This document shows positions 10,101 through 22,607 of a stretch of DNA of 64,000 bases, piece after piece. A program made the position numbers and the translations under genes. Location: positions 73,656,001 through 73,720,000 of the forward strand of contig NW_026262690.1 in the NCBI RefSeq assembly GCF_021869535.1, given 5' to 3'. The first letter of the stretch is position 1. Each line of letters begins with the position of its first letter. Under the pieces are notes generated by a model. The model saw nothing but the letters and a program-made list of their open reading frames with translations, had not been told where the DNA came from and searched no databases. This DNA comes from Mytilus californianus (Eukaryota).

Positions 10101-13100
10101 TGATGAAAGCACACAGTCTTTTGTTTCGTATATTTCTGTCATATTTTCACAACTACATGATACAGTCTAATACTGAGCATTGATTCCAAAAACATTATAA
10201 GAACTCAAAAAGACTTTTGATGGATATGATTTTGGTATAAGGAGAAAAATAAAATTAGAATTTAAACAATACTGGTGTCCTTATTTCCAGTTTGAGGACA
10301 AGGAGAATAGCACTAAATGTTAGGTTGAAGTATATAAATTTGAATTTAAAACATTAAACTGATACATTTTAGAAGATAAACCTGTATCACCTGGTGCAAG
10401 AAGGTATGTGTCAAAAAACTTATAACTTGTACAAAAACCCTGTACAAATTATAATTTGTACAAACTTACATCTTGTACACAAAATATATATACATGTAGC
10501 ATTCAGAAAATTAGTTTATACAAAATAACATATCAACCTGCCACAAAATTCCTCAAACAATTTTCCAAGGAATGTTTTTTTAAAAATGAGTTATCTCCCT
10601 TTGTACAGATTATATGGTTTAACATAGTACTCTAACATTAGTTATGGAGTTTTTTTATGGACCATAACTCTGGACTAAATCATCAGACCGGAACAAAATT
10701 CGAACTTGATCTATAACTTGTCATGATAAAACTATATACCAAATATCAAATCAATATCTTCAAGAACGAAGAAAAAAGTGTGGAAAACTGAGTTGCTGGA
10801 CTGACGGATGGACAGACGGACAGAGTGCAAAGTTGCAAACCTAAAGTCCCCTTCGACTTTGTCGGTAGGGGACTAAAGACACCATCATAAAACTTATACA
10901 TACACTAATTAAGACATCAATCAGAATAATTTTTAATTGCTAAACCCCTCCTAGAAAAATGCTTTGAAGTTAAATATGTCAATTACCTAATAACAAAAGT
11001 AGGCTTAGCTGTTGCAAGTTTTTCAAAATCAATTATAGGACTGAGAATGAAGACTTGAACGAATATGGTTGCACTGAGTGATCTTCATGCATTCAAAATA
11101 TATGACAAAGACCATAAGAGCTTTACCCTTCTGCAGGTATGAAAAAAATGATTTTTGGAAATACTTTATTATGCTATCTGGTGTGAATAAAATCAAGCAA
11201 TATTTTCTATGTATGGTATAAATGCTGTGATGAAGTGAAGGGCAGTGAAATAAAAAAAAGTGTTGACTTCAACATAAACATTGCATCAATTTGCTGCATT
11301 TCAGTGAACTATAATAGAAGGAGACATGATATGTACATAATATATTGTAACAACTTCATAAAAATGTTACAGCAAATGCTTACAGTTACTTTGCTCATTT
11401 ATTAAAGCAACATTTTAAAGAACATGGTTGAAATTAAAAATCTCTTTTGAATATTTCATCGAGTACACTTATAAATTCCACATTACAATATTTATAAGAA
11501 TATATTACATTATGTACGTAACAGTACCACATAATTTACACATTTTACATGAAAACTACTACATGTAAAGCTTCAAGTTAGCTAGCATGCAGACTTTCAT
11601 TTGATTGATTTCAATCCTGAAACTAAATGCTTTCCCTTAAGACAACAACAGTTATCTGCTCTTGGGACTTGAATTATCACCTGCATGCCAAACTATAAGA
11701 TATTGTTATCTCTGTGGAGGATAGGTTAGCTAAGTTAATATTTTAACCACAACAACAGTATTCAGCTATATGAAGAATAGAGTTAAATAATTGAATACAT
11801 TTATACATGCTATTTGGGCAAACGTTTGTAAACTAAGGTAATAATTGGTGATTTTTTATTTAATTTCAGATGAATTAGAATTACCTTTAACAGTTGAAGA
11901 ATATCTAGCATTGGCACACAAAGAGCAAGAAGTATTATTTCCAAAAGTTGATTTCATGCCAGGTATATAACAAAAAAGATATAAATAACAAATGTTATAC
12001 CCCACTTTTAGAATGGGGTTATATTACAATTACATTGTCCATCCTTCCATCAGTCTGTTAGTCCTACAAATATTTTTTCTCAGTTTTCTCAGAAACTCTT
12101 GAACAGAATAACTTCATATTTTGCCAGCTGCTTAACAGTGATGAGTTTAAACATGTGAGCATTTTGTGGATCTGTCAGATACCTATTTCCTGTTTGCCCA
12201 TACTTTAAATTTTTCAATTTTTTGAATGAAGTTAAAAGATTTTGTCACCTTTGTCTCAGGAACTACTAAAGATAATGACTTTATATTTGGTCATCAGCTC
12301 AACAGTGAGGAGTTGTAAAGTGTGAGCACTTTCTAATATGTCAGGTATCTACTTCCTGTTTGAAGATATTTTGAACTTTTCAATTTATTGAATGAACTTA
12401 AAATGTTTTGTCAGACTTTTATCAGAAACTACTGAACTTCTTATTTGGTTGAAATTGCCTCATTTTGAAATCTTGTCATTAAATATTTAAATAAGAACAA
12501 AGGCTGTACCCAAATATATTTTGAGTTTGTCATTGTATGTAAATAGTCTTTGTTCATATCTATTTTATCAAAAAACTACATGTATATGAAAATTGCCCAG
12601 TTTGGTAAAATCTGTCAATTTACAAAATGTTTATGAAGTCAGATTAACATCACAAGGTAACGTTCTGCTCTAAATTATATTAGCCTATTCATTTATCAAT
12701 AAATTTAACATAATTATGAAAGTCTTGAAATATTTTTGCAATTTTTTGGGCCAAATTAGGGCTCTTATATGTATCAGTAAAAGTGCTGTTCCTTTGCTTT
12801 TTGTGTGTTTTTTGCTGTGCATAGTCTGATATTGTATCATGGATTGATACCCCATATCCTTTGTTTTTCTATCATACTTCCTCCTTTGCACAATAATTTC
12901 ATTACAAGTAAAGTTATTTTGCATGTTAAGGAATGTAAAAAAAGTTTCCCGGTCACAAATTTACAGTAATAGAATTGGTAACATTGTATCTAAAAGATAA
13001 TTTTAAAAGTATGAGTTACATTATAATTAAGATGTTTTTCACAACGATTGTTTTTTTTGATAGGTGCAGAGAAATTGGTGAGACATTTACACAAACACAA

Positions 13101-14704
13101 CATTCCTATTGCCATAGCAACAGGATCAAGTCAACATTTGATGGAGCTTAAAACCAGAAATCACAAAGATTTTTTCAGTTTGTTTTTACATTCTGTGCTA
13201 AGCACAGATGATCCAGAGGTTAAACATGGTAAACCAGCACCAGATATATTCCTTATATGTGCTAAAAGATTCAAAGAAAATCCTAGTCCAGAAAAGGTGT
13301 GTTGATATTGTTTTACTTAAATTACAATTAAATCTATATTCTTCAACATACATTTAAAAAAAAATTCAGTCTCTCAATTCAATGTTTGAAAATATAGATT
13401 TGCCGACTTTTATTCATTAATGGTAACCTATGCTTGGTGACTTTATAAAGGGATGCAAATATATTTAATAAGATGTGGTATGAGTGCCAATGAGACAACT
13501 CTCCATCCAAGTCAAAATTTATAAAAGTAAACCATTATAGGTCAAAGTACGGTCTTCAACACGAAGCCTTGGCTCACACGTAACAGCTATAAATGGCCCC
13601 AAAAATGACTAGTGTAAAACCATTCAAACGGGAAAACCAACGGTCTAATCTATATAAAAAATGAGAAACGAGAAACACTTATGAACCACATCAACAAACG
13701 ACAACTACTGAACATCAGATTCCTGACTTAGGACAGGTGCAAACAATTGCAGCGGGTTTAAACGTTTTAATGGTACCAAACCTTCACCCTAATCTGAAAC
13801 AATAGTGTAACATCACAACATAGAAAGACACACTATAAAATATCAATTGAAATGGCTTAACTCAATCAAAAGACATATTAACACCAGTGAACATACACTG
13901 AACAAATAAATTAGATCTATGATACAATGTAAATACAAAATAAATAAACTAAGGGAAGAATAATTAAAGTAACATGTTATACCGCTGTGAAGACCATTAA
14001 TGGAAATATGAAGGGAAGAAAAGACCAATACCCAAAACTATTTTAATGGGACCAGGAATGAGCTGTATCCATCAAAATGAAATAGTTTCTTTCAGCAGTT
14101 TCCTTGAAAGTGTTACATTCTTCAAACTTTATATACCACACTAAATTCACGGTTTTAATATCACGGAAACAGTAAAAAAAAAAGACAGACAATAGAAATT
14201 TTATAAGGACTTATCTTTGAAAGCTTTATTTCAGCAAAAAATATAATTCAAGAATAAGTAAACATTTAAATAATTAAAATACAGTAGATTTCTTAAATAC
14301 ACAGAGGACTAGCAAATTCTGATGTAGTTATAAGGATGTTTTGGTGATTTAAGAGTTCATTAAGTCAGAATGTACAGCACAGGAAGGACTATTCCATTTA
14401 AATGAATGTGGGAGAGCAGAAAAAGAGGCTTTATTTTTTGACATTAGTAGTGGGTTTATTTATTTCATTTGTGGCATGTAGTCTTAGTATTTTCACACCA
14501 GTATCTTTATATTTAAAGGTTTTGGTGTTTGAAGATGCACAAAATGGTGTAGATGCAGCTCATGCAGCAGGGATGAAGTGTGTATGGGTACCACACGAAG
14601 AACAAGATAGAGATACACATAATCATAAATGTTCTTTAGTGTTAGACTCCCTAGAACATTTTGTGCCAGAACAGTTTGGTCTACCACCGTTTAATTTTTT
14701 ATGA
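7087..14704 (+). CDS. PUDP: Pseudouridine-5'-phosphatase (HAD family, HDHD1/Gs1-like), 229 aa. Exons: 7087-7138 or 7983-8034, 8915-9040, 11870-11962, 13064-13296, 14519-14704
   Basis: All introns are GT-AG with consistent phases (1,1,1,0), 690 nt in total. HAD motif [12 protein letters not shown], motif II ATGS, motif III KPAPDIF, motif [10 protein letters not shown]. Confidence 0.93.
7983..8034 (+). CDS. PUDP: PUDP first coding exon, copy b ([17 protein letters not shown])
   Basis: aaaatccaagATG start, HAD motif I, donor G|gtaggt in phase 1. Confidence 0.8.
8915..9040 (+). CDS. PUDP: PUDP exon 2 (DTEKLYTQ...SKIII)
   Basis: tttcag| acceptor and |gtattt donor; completes the DTE of motif I. 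Confidence 0.92.
9406..10876 (+). mobile_element. Composite HINE (pearl/DINE-like non-autonomous Helentron derivative) in PUDP intron 2
   Basis: 5' AACAAG end; sub-terminal IR agtcccctaccg (9429-9440) complementary to cggtaggggact (10863-10874); ~150-bp core repeats; GACG/GACA microsatellite; 3' hairpin 10845-10874. Confidence 0.75.
9999..10495. mobile_element. ~500-bp foldback/MITE with ~70-bp TIRs, nested in the HINE
   Basis: Arms 9999-10068 and 10422-10495, TA-rich flanks, absent from the homologous copy near 18.66 kb. Confidence 0.7.
11870..11962 (+). CDS. PUDP: PUDP exon 3 ([13 protein letters not shown]...FMP)
   Basis: aatttcag| acceptor and |gtatat donor, 93 nt, phase 1-1. Confidence 0.92.
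11996..12450 (-). mobile_element. HINE-like element in PUDP intron 3
   Basis: Hairpin tatacccc...ggggttata, TCCA/TCTG microsatellite, ~180-bp core repeats. Confidence 0.55.
13064..13296 (+). CDS. PUDP: PUDP exon 4 (GAEKLVRHL...KPAPDIF...PEK)
   Basis: ttgatag| acceptor and |gtgtgt donor; HAD motifs II and III. Confidence 0.93.
13471..14010 (-). mobile_element. Dispersed retroelement 3'-trailer repeat (family 2 variant)
   Basis: gatgtggtatgagtgccaatgagacaactctcc end; close reverse-complement match at 56372-56640. Confidence 0.65.
14519..14704 (+). CDS. PUDP: PUDP last exon ([10 protein letters not shown]...LPPFNFL*)
   Basis: ttaaag| acceptor, HAD motif IV, TGA stop. Confidence 0.92.
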   Translation, partial: VLVFEDAQNGVDAAHAAGMKCVWVPHEEQDRDTHNHKCSLVLDSLEHFVPEQFGLPPFNFL

Positions 14705-15789
14705 TCATAGGATTTAAGGGTAATTTTGTGCAATTTATATATGAAAATATAATATAATTTAATTTAATTTATTTTTAATTCAACTGTATAAAGCCATGTG
14801 AGTCATTGTCATCACTTAGCGTTTAAAATCCATTCTACACTTTTTTTAAAAATCAATGGGTCAGTGAAACCAAAAAGTACAAAAAAAAATATCAATAAGT
14901 TGTGTAATCTCCAAATTGTCTCTGGTGTTTCCACTGACCAACTGAAAGTATTAAAAAAACTCACTCATGTAAATAATGAATTCAGACCATTTGAACATGT
15001 TATAAGTAGAAATTTTAGATTAGTTGGTATCCAAAAAATAGCTCTCAACAAGTAACACAATATTTACTTAGAACTTTTTTGGTTAATAGATCTTTAATTC
15101 TGGAAACAAATAGGCCAATTTTAATTTGATAAAATCCTAAAATTTGAAGGTGCTTTTATAATGGAAACAAATGATGAGTCAGTTGTGTCCATTGTTGATA
15201 CAATGAAAACATGTGAATGCAAGATGAGCAATATAGGATGTACAAGGCTGGTATACACTTTTTAGAACATCTAAGACATTTACCATAATTAATAACGGTG
15301 AAAAACCTTTCCTATTTTAATGCATCCCCGCCCTACGGGAGAATATGAAAAAATCCCAAGAACCGGTTATAATAAATTAAAAGTCAAATTTGATATATAT
15401 GTGCACAAAATTTATTTCTATAAAGCAAAAGTTAAGTTAATAAAATATTTATTAAAGGTCTTTGACAAATACAAGAATTATGGTCATCTTTAAGTAGCAA
15501 AACTGTCGTTTGTAGTGCTATAGGAATGAAATATATTGAGTGTAAATGGTACAGCCAAAAATAAAAAAAAAATGTTTACAAAAACTTAAAACTCAAAGCA
15601 GTAAAAGATAAAATAACAATAATTGGTCTTTAGTTTTCACAGAAAACAGATATCTTGCATCTTTGGCTCTTCTTAGAAATCTTGTATTAAATGCAGATGC
15701 TTTTGTTGTAGTTTTAAGGATACCATATCAAGTATTGGAGACCTTTTAACAAAAAAATATTAACATAGACCTTTTTCTTTAGATATAAA

Positions 15790-16520
15790 AAAGATGTGGT
15801 ATGATTGCCAATGAGACAACTCTCCACAAGACACCAAATGACTCAGAAATTAACAACTATAGGTCACTGTACGGCCTTCAACAATGAGCAAAGCCCATAC
15901 CGCATAGTCAGCTATAAAAGGCCCCAAAGTGACAAATGTAAAACAAGTCAAACGAGAAAACTAACGGCCTAATTTATGTCCAAAATAATGAAAGAAAAAC
16001 ACACAGCAACAAACCACAACCACTGAAATACAGGCTCCTGACTTGGGACAGGCACATACAGAATGTGGCGGGGTTAAACATGTTAGCAGGCGCCCAACCC
16101 TCCCACTAACCTTGGACAGTGGTGTAACAGTACAACATAAGAACTATAAAAATCAGTTGAAAAAGGCTAAACTCATCAGTTGGATACAAAGAGAAATACA
16201 TCGAACAAAAACACAGAGTCGACGTGGACGGGTACTTGTACATCCTAACAACAAAAAGACACTAAGTACAGATCATAGAGTACTCGCAGTTACTGACAGC
16301 TAGTTCAAAGCCAATAACAACTAATAAAAAAAATCATGCATCTAAGACTAAATTATCAATCAATACACATCCAACATCCAATGGATTTAGTATAAAGACG
16401 TCATAAACAGTCAGAGAAACACATGACCTTGTGCAATGCCAAGATACAGGTATCGACAGGTTGTAGAGCCATGAATGTGCATATGTATTTAACAATAACA
16501 TTTAGGTTGTGTTTTATTTC
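15790..16520 (-). mobile_element. Long copy of the family-2 retroelement trailer
   Basis: Reverse complement aligns with 43110-43830 over ~700 bp. Confidence 0.7.
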
Positions 16521-18269
16521 TAAAACAACTAATTGCTACTTAATACAACAAAAATTTTGTCAGATAACAAACGTTTAGCATTGTAAATGACAATCGAGCT
16601 GGAACATAATTCACCCCTTAAAATAATTTTGAAATAATCCAATAATCAGACGATAGAGTAGTGGACCAACATTAATGATTCAAAGTTAAATAATTAATTA
16701 GTAATTGCTACAGTGTTTTCAGCATTTCACATTACTTTTTTTGTCATCCCCATATACATAGTCCCAATACAAACAAGGCTGTTCCAGAAATGAATATAAT
16801 ATGGGAGAGGGGGGCTGGTGTCTGAAGGCAATTTTTATTTTACACTTCCATGCTTGAAATTTTCATTGATTATTTCCTATAAGTATTTAAGCTATCTTAA
16901 ATCATCACCCCACCAATTTTAAAAACGGGCCATAAGACCCACTTCCATACGATCAATTCTTGAACAGCTTTATGTATTATTATTTTTGACAAACTTTATA
17001 TCCATGCTCCTAGATATTGGAAATTGTTGTTTGAAATGAAAATGTGAAATGAACTGTGATCATAATTTTATAATAAAGGAATATCAATTAAATTGGTTTT
17101 CAGTATTAATTTGTGCTGCCTCATATAATTGTGGTGTACTATAATTTAGGTATTTGGCATTATATTCTTTGAAGCAAAAGCCTGACCAAACTTCTGCATG
17201 TGTTAATTGTTATATCTGAAGTAAGCAATGATTTTTGAAAACTGATTCCCGAACATTTTAAAAGCAAGTTTAATCTCAGAAAATTCTTCACATTTGCACT
17301 ATAATTTTCATGTCATATACAAATTATTGCATACCAGGATTCTTTCTGCTAATATTGCCAAAGACCTAGATGACAGTAGCATTTGTAGGACATATAATAG
17401 TATTTTGCATTTTTTATTGGATTTGTTTTAAAGTCATATGAAACTTCAAATTTGAAAAAAAAAGTTAAATATGTTTAATATACTTGAATGGCTAAGTTTT
17501 ACTCTAAAAGAAGTGAACATGAACTTTTTTTAAAAAAGAAAATCCTTTATATTATCAAAATTTTCATAAATGTACCGATATTGAATTATTGACTTCCCAG
17601 ACACTAATTTGCCGATAATTTCGCATATGCAATGACCTTTACTACGATTTCGCTGGTTATAACTTCATCCACCGCAATGCGCAAGTGCGAGGGGAAAACC
17701 GCGATGAAAGAATGTAAACAAACGTGCTCTGGAAGATAAATAGTAATACCAGATTCTTAAAGAACAAATTTGATACAACGAATCATTTAACAACTGTTAA
17801 GGAAAAGTTTATGTAACAAATGGGAACGCATGGAAAATATAAAAAACAAATGTCAAGGCTCTTTCAATTCACTTATTTGTCACGTTTTCCACGTGCTCTG
17901 TTTTTATTGTTTATCATTGTCATGATCCGGTAAACTTCGGCAACAAACTCGAAAGTTAATTAGCTTGCGATCAACAATCTATGAATGAAATATTATTTGT
18001 CGATAATACGTTATTGATTCGTAATAAATATAAAAAAAAACGTGTATTCAAGACCTAGTTTAGTATATATGCATGCATTGGTTCAATGATTTCGATAACA
18101 TTAAAATTTCAAGAAAATTGTTTCATATGACTTTAATATTAAAAAGTTTTCGAGCTTACTTGGTATTTGCATTTGTTGACTGATTTTTATTTTCACATTC
18201 AAAGCTAATTTACAGAAGCCAATGACTCAATGGAATTAAAATTAACACAAATGATCCTTGGTGGTTACA

Positions 18270-19101
18270 TAGTCGAAGGGGACTTTAGGTTTGCACTCCG
18301 TCCGTCTGTCCGTCTGTCTGTCTGTCTGTCTGTCCGTCAGTCCATCCGTCAGTCCGGCAAATCTGCTTTCCACACTTTTTTTCTTTGTTCTTGGAGATAT
18401 TGATTTGATATTTAGTATATAGTTTTATCATGACAAGTTATAGGTCAATTTCGAATTTTGTTCCGGTCTGATGATTTAGTCCAGAGTTATGGACCATAAC
18501 TCTGGAGTCTGGACCATATCTAATGTTAGAGTACTATGTTAAACCATTTTTCTGTACAAAGGGAGATAACTCATTTTTTAAAAGACATTCTTTGTTAAAT
18601 TATTTGAAGATTTTTTTTGCAGGTTTGTTTGTTATTTAGTATAAACTAATTTTCTGAATGCAATATATATAAAAAAAAATTATGAAAATAAATCCTTTAA
18701 TTAGATAATAATCTATTGTTATTAATGTATATATTTCAATACATTACATTGTGTAGATAAAAGTTGTTGACATTTTATAGATAAGTTACAAATCTATATT
18801 AGTTTGTGACAAATGAAAGAAAAAATATTTGGAACTATTAATTATATTTGATTATAATTTGAAAATAGATATACACTGTATTACACTTTATCTAATTTTA
18901 GAAAACTATTAATCATATCTAATGTTTTTTTCACTCATATAATCAGTTTTCCACACTGTTTTTAGTCATGCTTGAAGATATTTACTTTTTGTTTACATCC
19001 ATAACAAGTTATAGAACAAGTTAGCATTTTGTTCCAGTAAAATTAATTTTTACCCGGTAGGGGACTATGTATTGCCATGCAATACTCTCAGAATGCTTGT
19101 T
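18270..19101 (-). mobile_element. Inverted copy of the composite HINE at 9406-10876
   Basis: Same block order on the opposite strand; lacks the MITE and the distal hairpin arm. Confidence 0.75.
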
Positions 19102-20649
19102 GCTATTGGAATTTTTAGAAGGTTAACATCTACTTTCATATTTTCGGCCACAATTAACTGAATCTTTACATCAACATACTTTTTAACTATTTTGCTTTTC
19201 AAAACAAAAAGAGAATATGATTTACCAATTACGATACAAAATTGCAAAAGCAAACGAAAATCACTTTCATTGTTGTTTTATCTGCAAGTCACAGTTACGT
19301 CTTCAACAAGGAGCAGAAACTCACTGCAGGTTTTGGACTATCCGAATTCCAACAAAATGCAACCAAAACTGAGTGTTTTGAAATATAGAACCATGCTTCT
19401 TCCTTCAATTCATGATCTCGTCAAATCTCTTTGGATGGTCGAAAGTTATAAAGTGTTATTTTCATTTATTTTTGCATGGTCGATAAGCCGCTGTTTGACT
19501 GTTGGTCATGTTGGTATTATCAGCTCACTAGGCAGTGCTCTAGATTTGTCATAATTTATAAGAACTATTCTAAAAATTCACTTTTGTAAATCCAGAAATT
19601 ATTAGAAAAATAAGGCTTCAAGTCCTTTAGGCAAAGTAGACCCTTGATGAATTTGTCTGCTTTTCATGTACCATTTGGTCATAAAGCTCCAAATGTTTCA
19701 ACACATCGTTATATCTCGGGCTTTCAAATGAACAGGTTTGATCGTTCTTGATGAAGGTAAATCCAGAGAAGCGGTTCGGACGCCGAATTTATAAAATCTT
19801 ATTTTTGTATTGTAAACCTTTTCTTTTTTGGCAAGACATTAAAGTCATGAGCCATATTATGTGACAAGGATGTTCTGATGATCAATTGTTACATTTGTAA
19901 CTATTGTGCCAATGTGAAATCCGAGATTGCCACAACCTCTGAACTAGTCTTATTTAAGAGTATCTGTGTAATACACAAACATAAAAAAACGTACTGGTAG
20001 AATGAAGATTATGCTTGGATAATCGGATGTTTATCATTATTTGGTAATTTTGTGCAATTAAATTTAAATCTAAGACGGATGACACATTTTAAGTGTTTAA
20101 AAACGTATTCTGGGTCTAACATTAGAGTAATGTTTGCATGAATAATGATACGATTACCTCTACGACTGTTGTTACATTGAAGTGTGAAGTTTTATGATGG
20201 GTGTACTTATGTAGTTTTACATTGAATCCATAACAAATTAACAGCATCATTTTGAAAACGGTTTGCAAATTAAATTCTTTTGAATGGATAACTGAATAGT
20301 AGTATTTTCTAACTAAAATGGTCATGGTTGAAGTTTTGAATCAATTTGGATGCATAAATCAAAACAGTAGTTTAACAATTTTTAAACCTTATAAATCGAG
20401 TACGAAAGTAAATCTAGGTAACAAACAAAACCTAAGGGGTTTGAGAGTTTTTGCTTTTGGTAGTCTATAATTGTATATTTAATATGTATGTTGATTAAGA
20501 GCACAAGCTTTATCGCCTTATTTTTGGGAGAAATAGTAATTTGACTTATAGCCGAGTTTGAATTGAAATAAAGTTAACACGAACAAGTGGAATCATTCGA
20601 TGTGGAGTATAAAAAAAAACCATCAAATATACCAAGGTGATAATTTGGA

Positions 20650-20694
20650 ACGCCATACCCGCGTTTCGTCTATATAAGATTTACCAGTGACGCT
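20650..20694 (-). ncRNA. Degenerate type I hammerhead ribozyme motif (second family)
   Basis: Minus strand: gcgtca CTGGTAA atc ttatata gac GAAAC gcgg GTA tggcgt; core and stem II are mutated. Confidence 0.5.
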
Positions 20695-22571
20695 GGAATC
20701 AAAACAGTCAAGGCCAAATGAAATACGAAGTTTAAAGAGCATCAAATTAACATTATGAATCTTTAGCTTTTTTACTGCAAAAAAGGAAAGAGCTTCATAA
20801 TGGTCAATAGAAATCACTAGAAAAGTCAGACAACACAATAGCCAAATGAAAAAAAGTAATCATACTAAACAACTGTTCACAAAACTCTACACATAAACCC
20901 AACGATTGAGCAACACGATCTGTACAAAAAAAATAGGAAAAAACTAATTCAAACATTCAATTGCAATTTGTTCAGTATACGTTAAGCAAAAGTCATTAAG
21001 ACCACTTTGATATTCTTTGCATATCTGTGAAAGCCTGTTTATAGGTCGGAAATTTACGAAGTTTTAGAACTGATTGCAAGTACAGTATTGTTTTCAAAGC
21101 ATTTTCACTTGTTAAGTTGATTGATAGCTTTTGATTTTGTCAGTTTTATGGACGGAAATTTACAATGGTTAAATATTGATTGCAAGTACAGTAGTGTTTT
21201 CAATAGTATTTTCATTGGTTCCGTTGATTGATCGCGTTTGATTTTGTCAGGTTTTATAGATGTTCGACTAACATCTTTCTAAAGTTCTTACCATCATTTA
21301 TTTTTTAATTTGCCTTGTAGTTCGGTATTTTTGTTATATTTTTGTTATTTCCTTATTTCCTTATGACACAAGGAGTGTAACCCTAAAGAAGGATTTTGAT
21401 GTAATTTTTGATTGGCATTGTATAGTAATCATTGTGTTTTATGGTTAGTATAGATTCGGACTGTATTTTCTTTGATAATATTAACTGTTATGTTGGCGAG
21501 TGTACTCTTATTATTATTTTATCTTTGTGTCTAGCTTAATTTTGTGATTTATATTTTGTATAGTGTTTAACTTGCTGTTTTGTTTATTTAAAACGATTTG
21601 TTAAGAATGAACATTTGCGGCTTCTATTATCTTCATATCTACTGACAATTTTTCTGTGGTATTGTCTTGGTATGTTATTTATGTTCAGTTGTTTTAACAT
21701 CTATCGTATCATCATTTCCAATATTACCAGTAAAAAAACAAGAAAAGATTTCATATACAGTTCTGTTGAATGAGTAAATTGATATTCTAATGTACACAAT
21801 AATAAAAAAATATGATTAGACATATGCTATAAATATGTTTCCATATCATATGGATTATACACTTTTAAGAGATTAATAAACAAAATATAAACATAACTAT
21901 TAAGTTTTATTCTTTCGGAATTGTACCATCTTGAAATAGCATTTAAAAAATATTATAAGTTTTCTACCATTTGTTTATATCAATAAATTTAAGCTTACAA
22001 TAAATATGATTTATTATCAACTTTCATCAAAACAGTAGTGAGAGTTACATTGTTCAACATAACGATATTTCAAATACAGTAGAACTGTCGTCATAACAAG
22101 AACTGTTTCAGTTCTGCAGTGCCTACATTGTAGCTATTCAAATAATATTACATATTTAAAATTATATCATTTAACATACAACATGTACATTTTTACGTAC
22201 TTCGTAAAACGTTGATCATTAATTTGAATGTGACATTATCTAGCCACCTAGTAACACGCCGTTCACTTTCCGTAGAACAAGCTCAACGAAAACATTATTT
22301 TGAAAAAAAATCAATACTAAATTGCTTTGGTATACAATATTAATAAACATTTACATTTAACAAGCACTGAAGAGTAAAATAATTAGAGGTAATTGGCAAA
22401 ATATCAGATGGAAATAAATAAGTCAACAAATACGCAAATGTATTTGCATTACCATCTGAAATTTGGTAATATGAGATTGTCGGCGAATTCCGTTTTTATT
22501 CAACGCATTGTTACATGCAGTATACCACCGACTCAGTCCAGCATTATTATTACGCAGTATTCTGTATATGC

Positions 22572-22607
22572 TCATATTTCTTTAGGTACACAATTGTAAA
22601 TTTTCAC
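22572..22607 (-). CDS. Pif-like gene, last exon (VKIYNCVPKEI*)
   Basis: tttttacag| acceptor; completes the LamG C-terminal DDV.IY.C motif. Confidence 0.8.
   Translation of the reverse strand: MKIYNCVPKEI

Noticed and set aside
16160-16195. CTGATGAG on the minus strand as a hammerhead core
   Set aside because: No GAAA or stem III follows
17600-17760. CpG-richer patch with an NRF1-like gcgcaagtgcg as a promoter
   Set aside because: No linked exon or ORF could be assigned
19192-19554. 120-aa plus-strand ORF and a nearby minus-strand donor-like site
   Set aside because: No recognisable domain and no consistent exon chain
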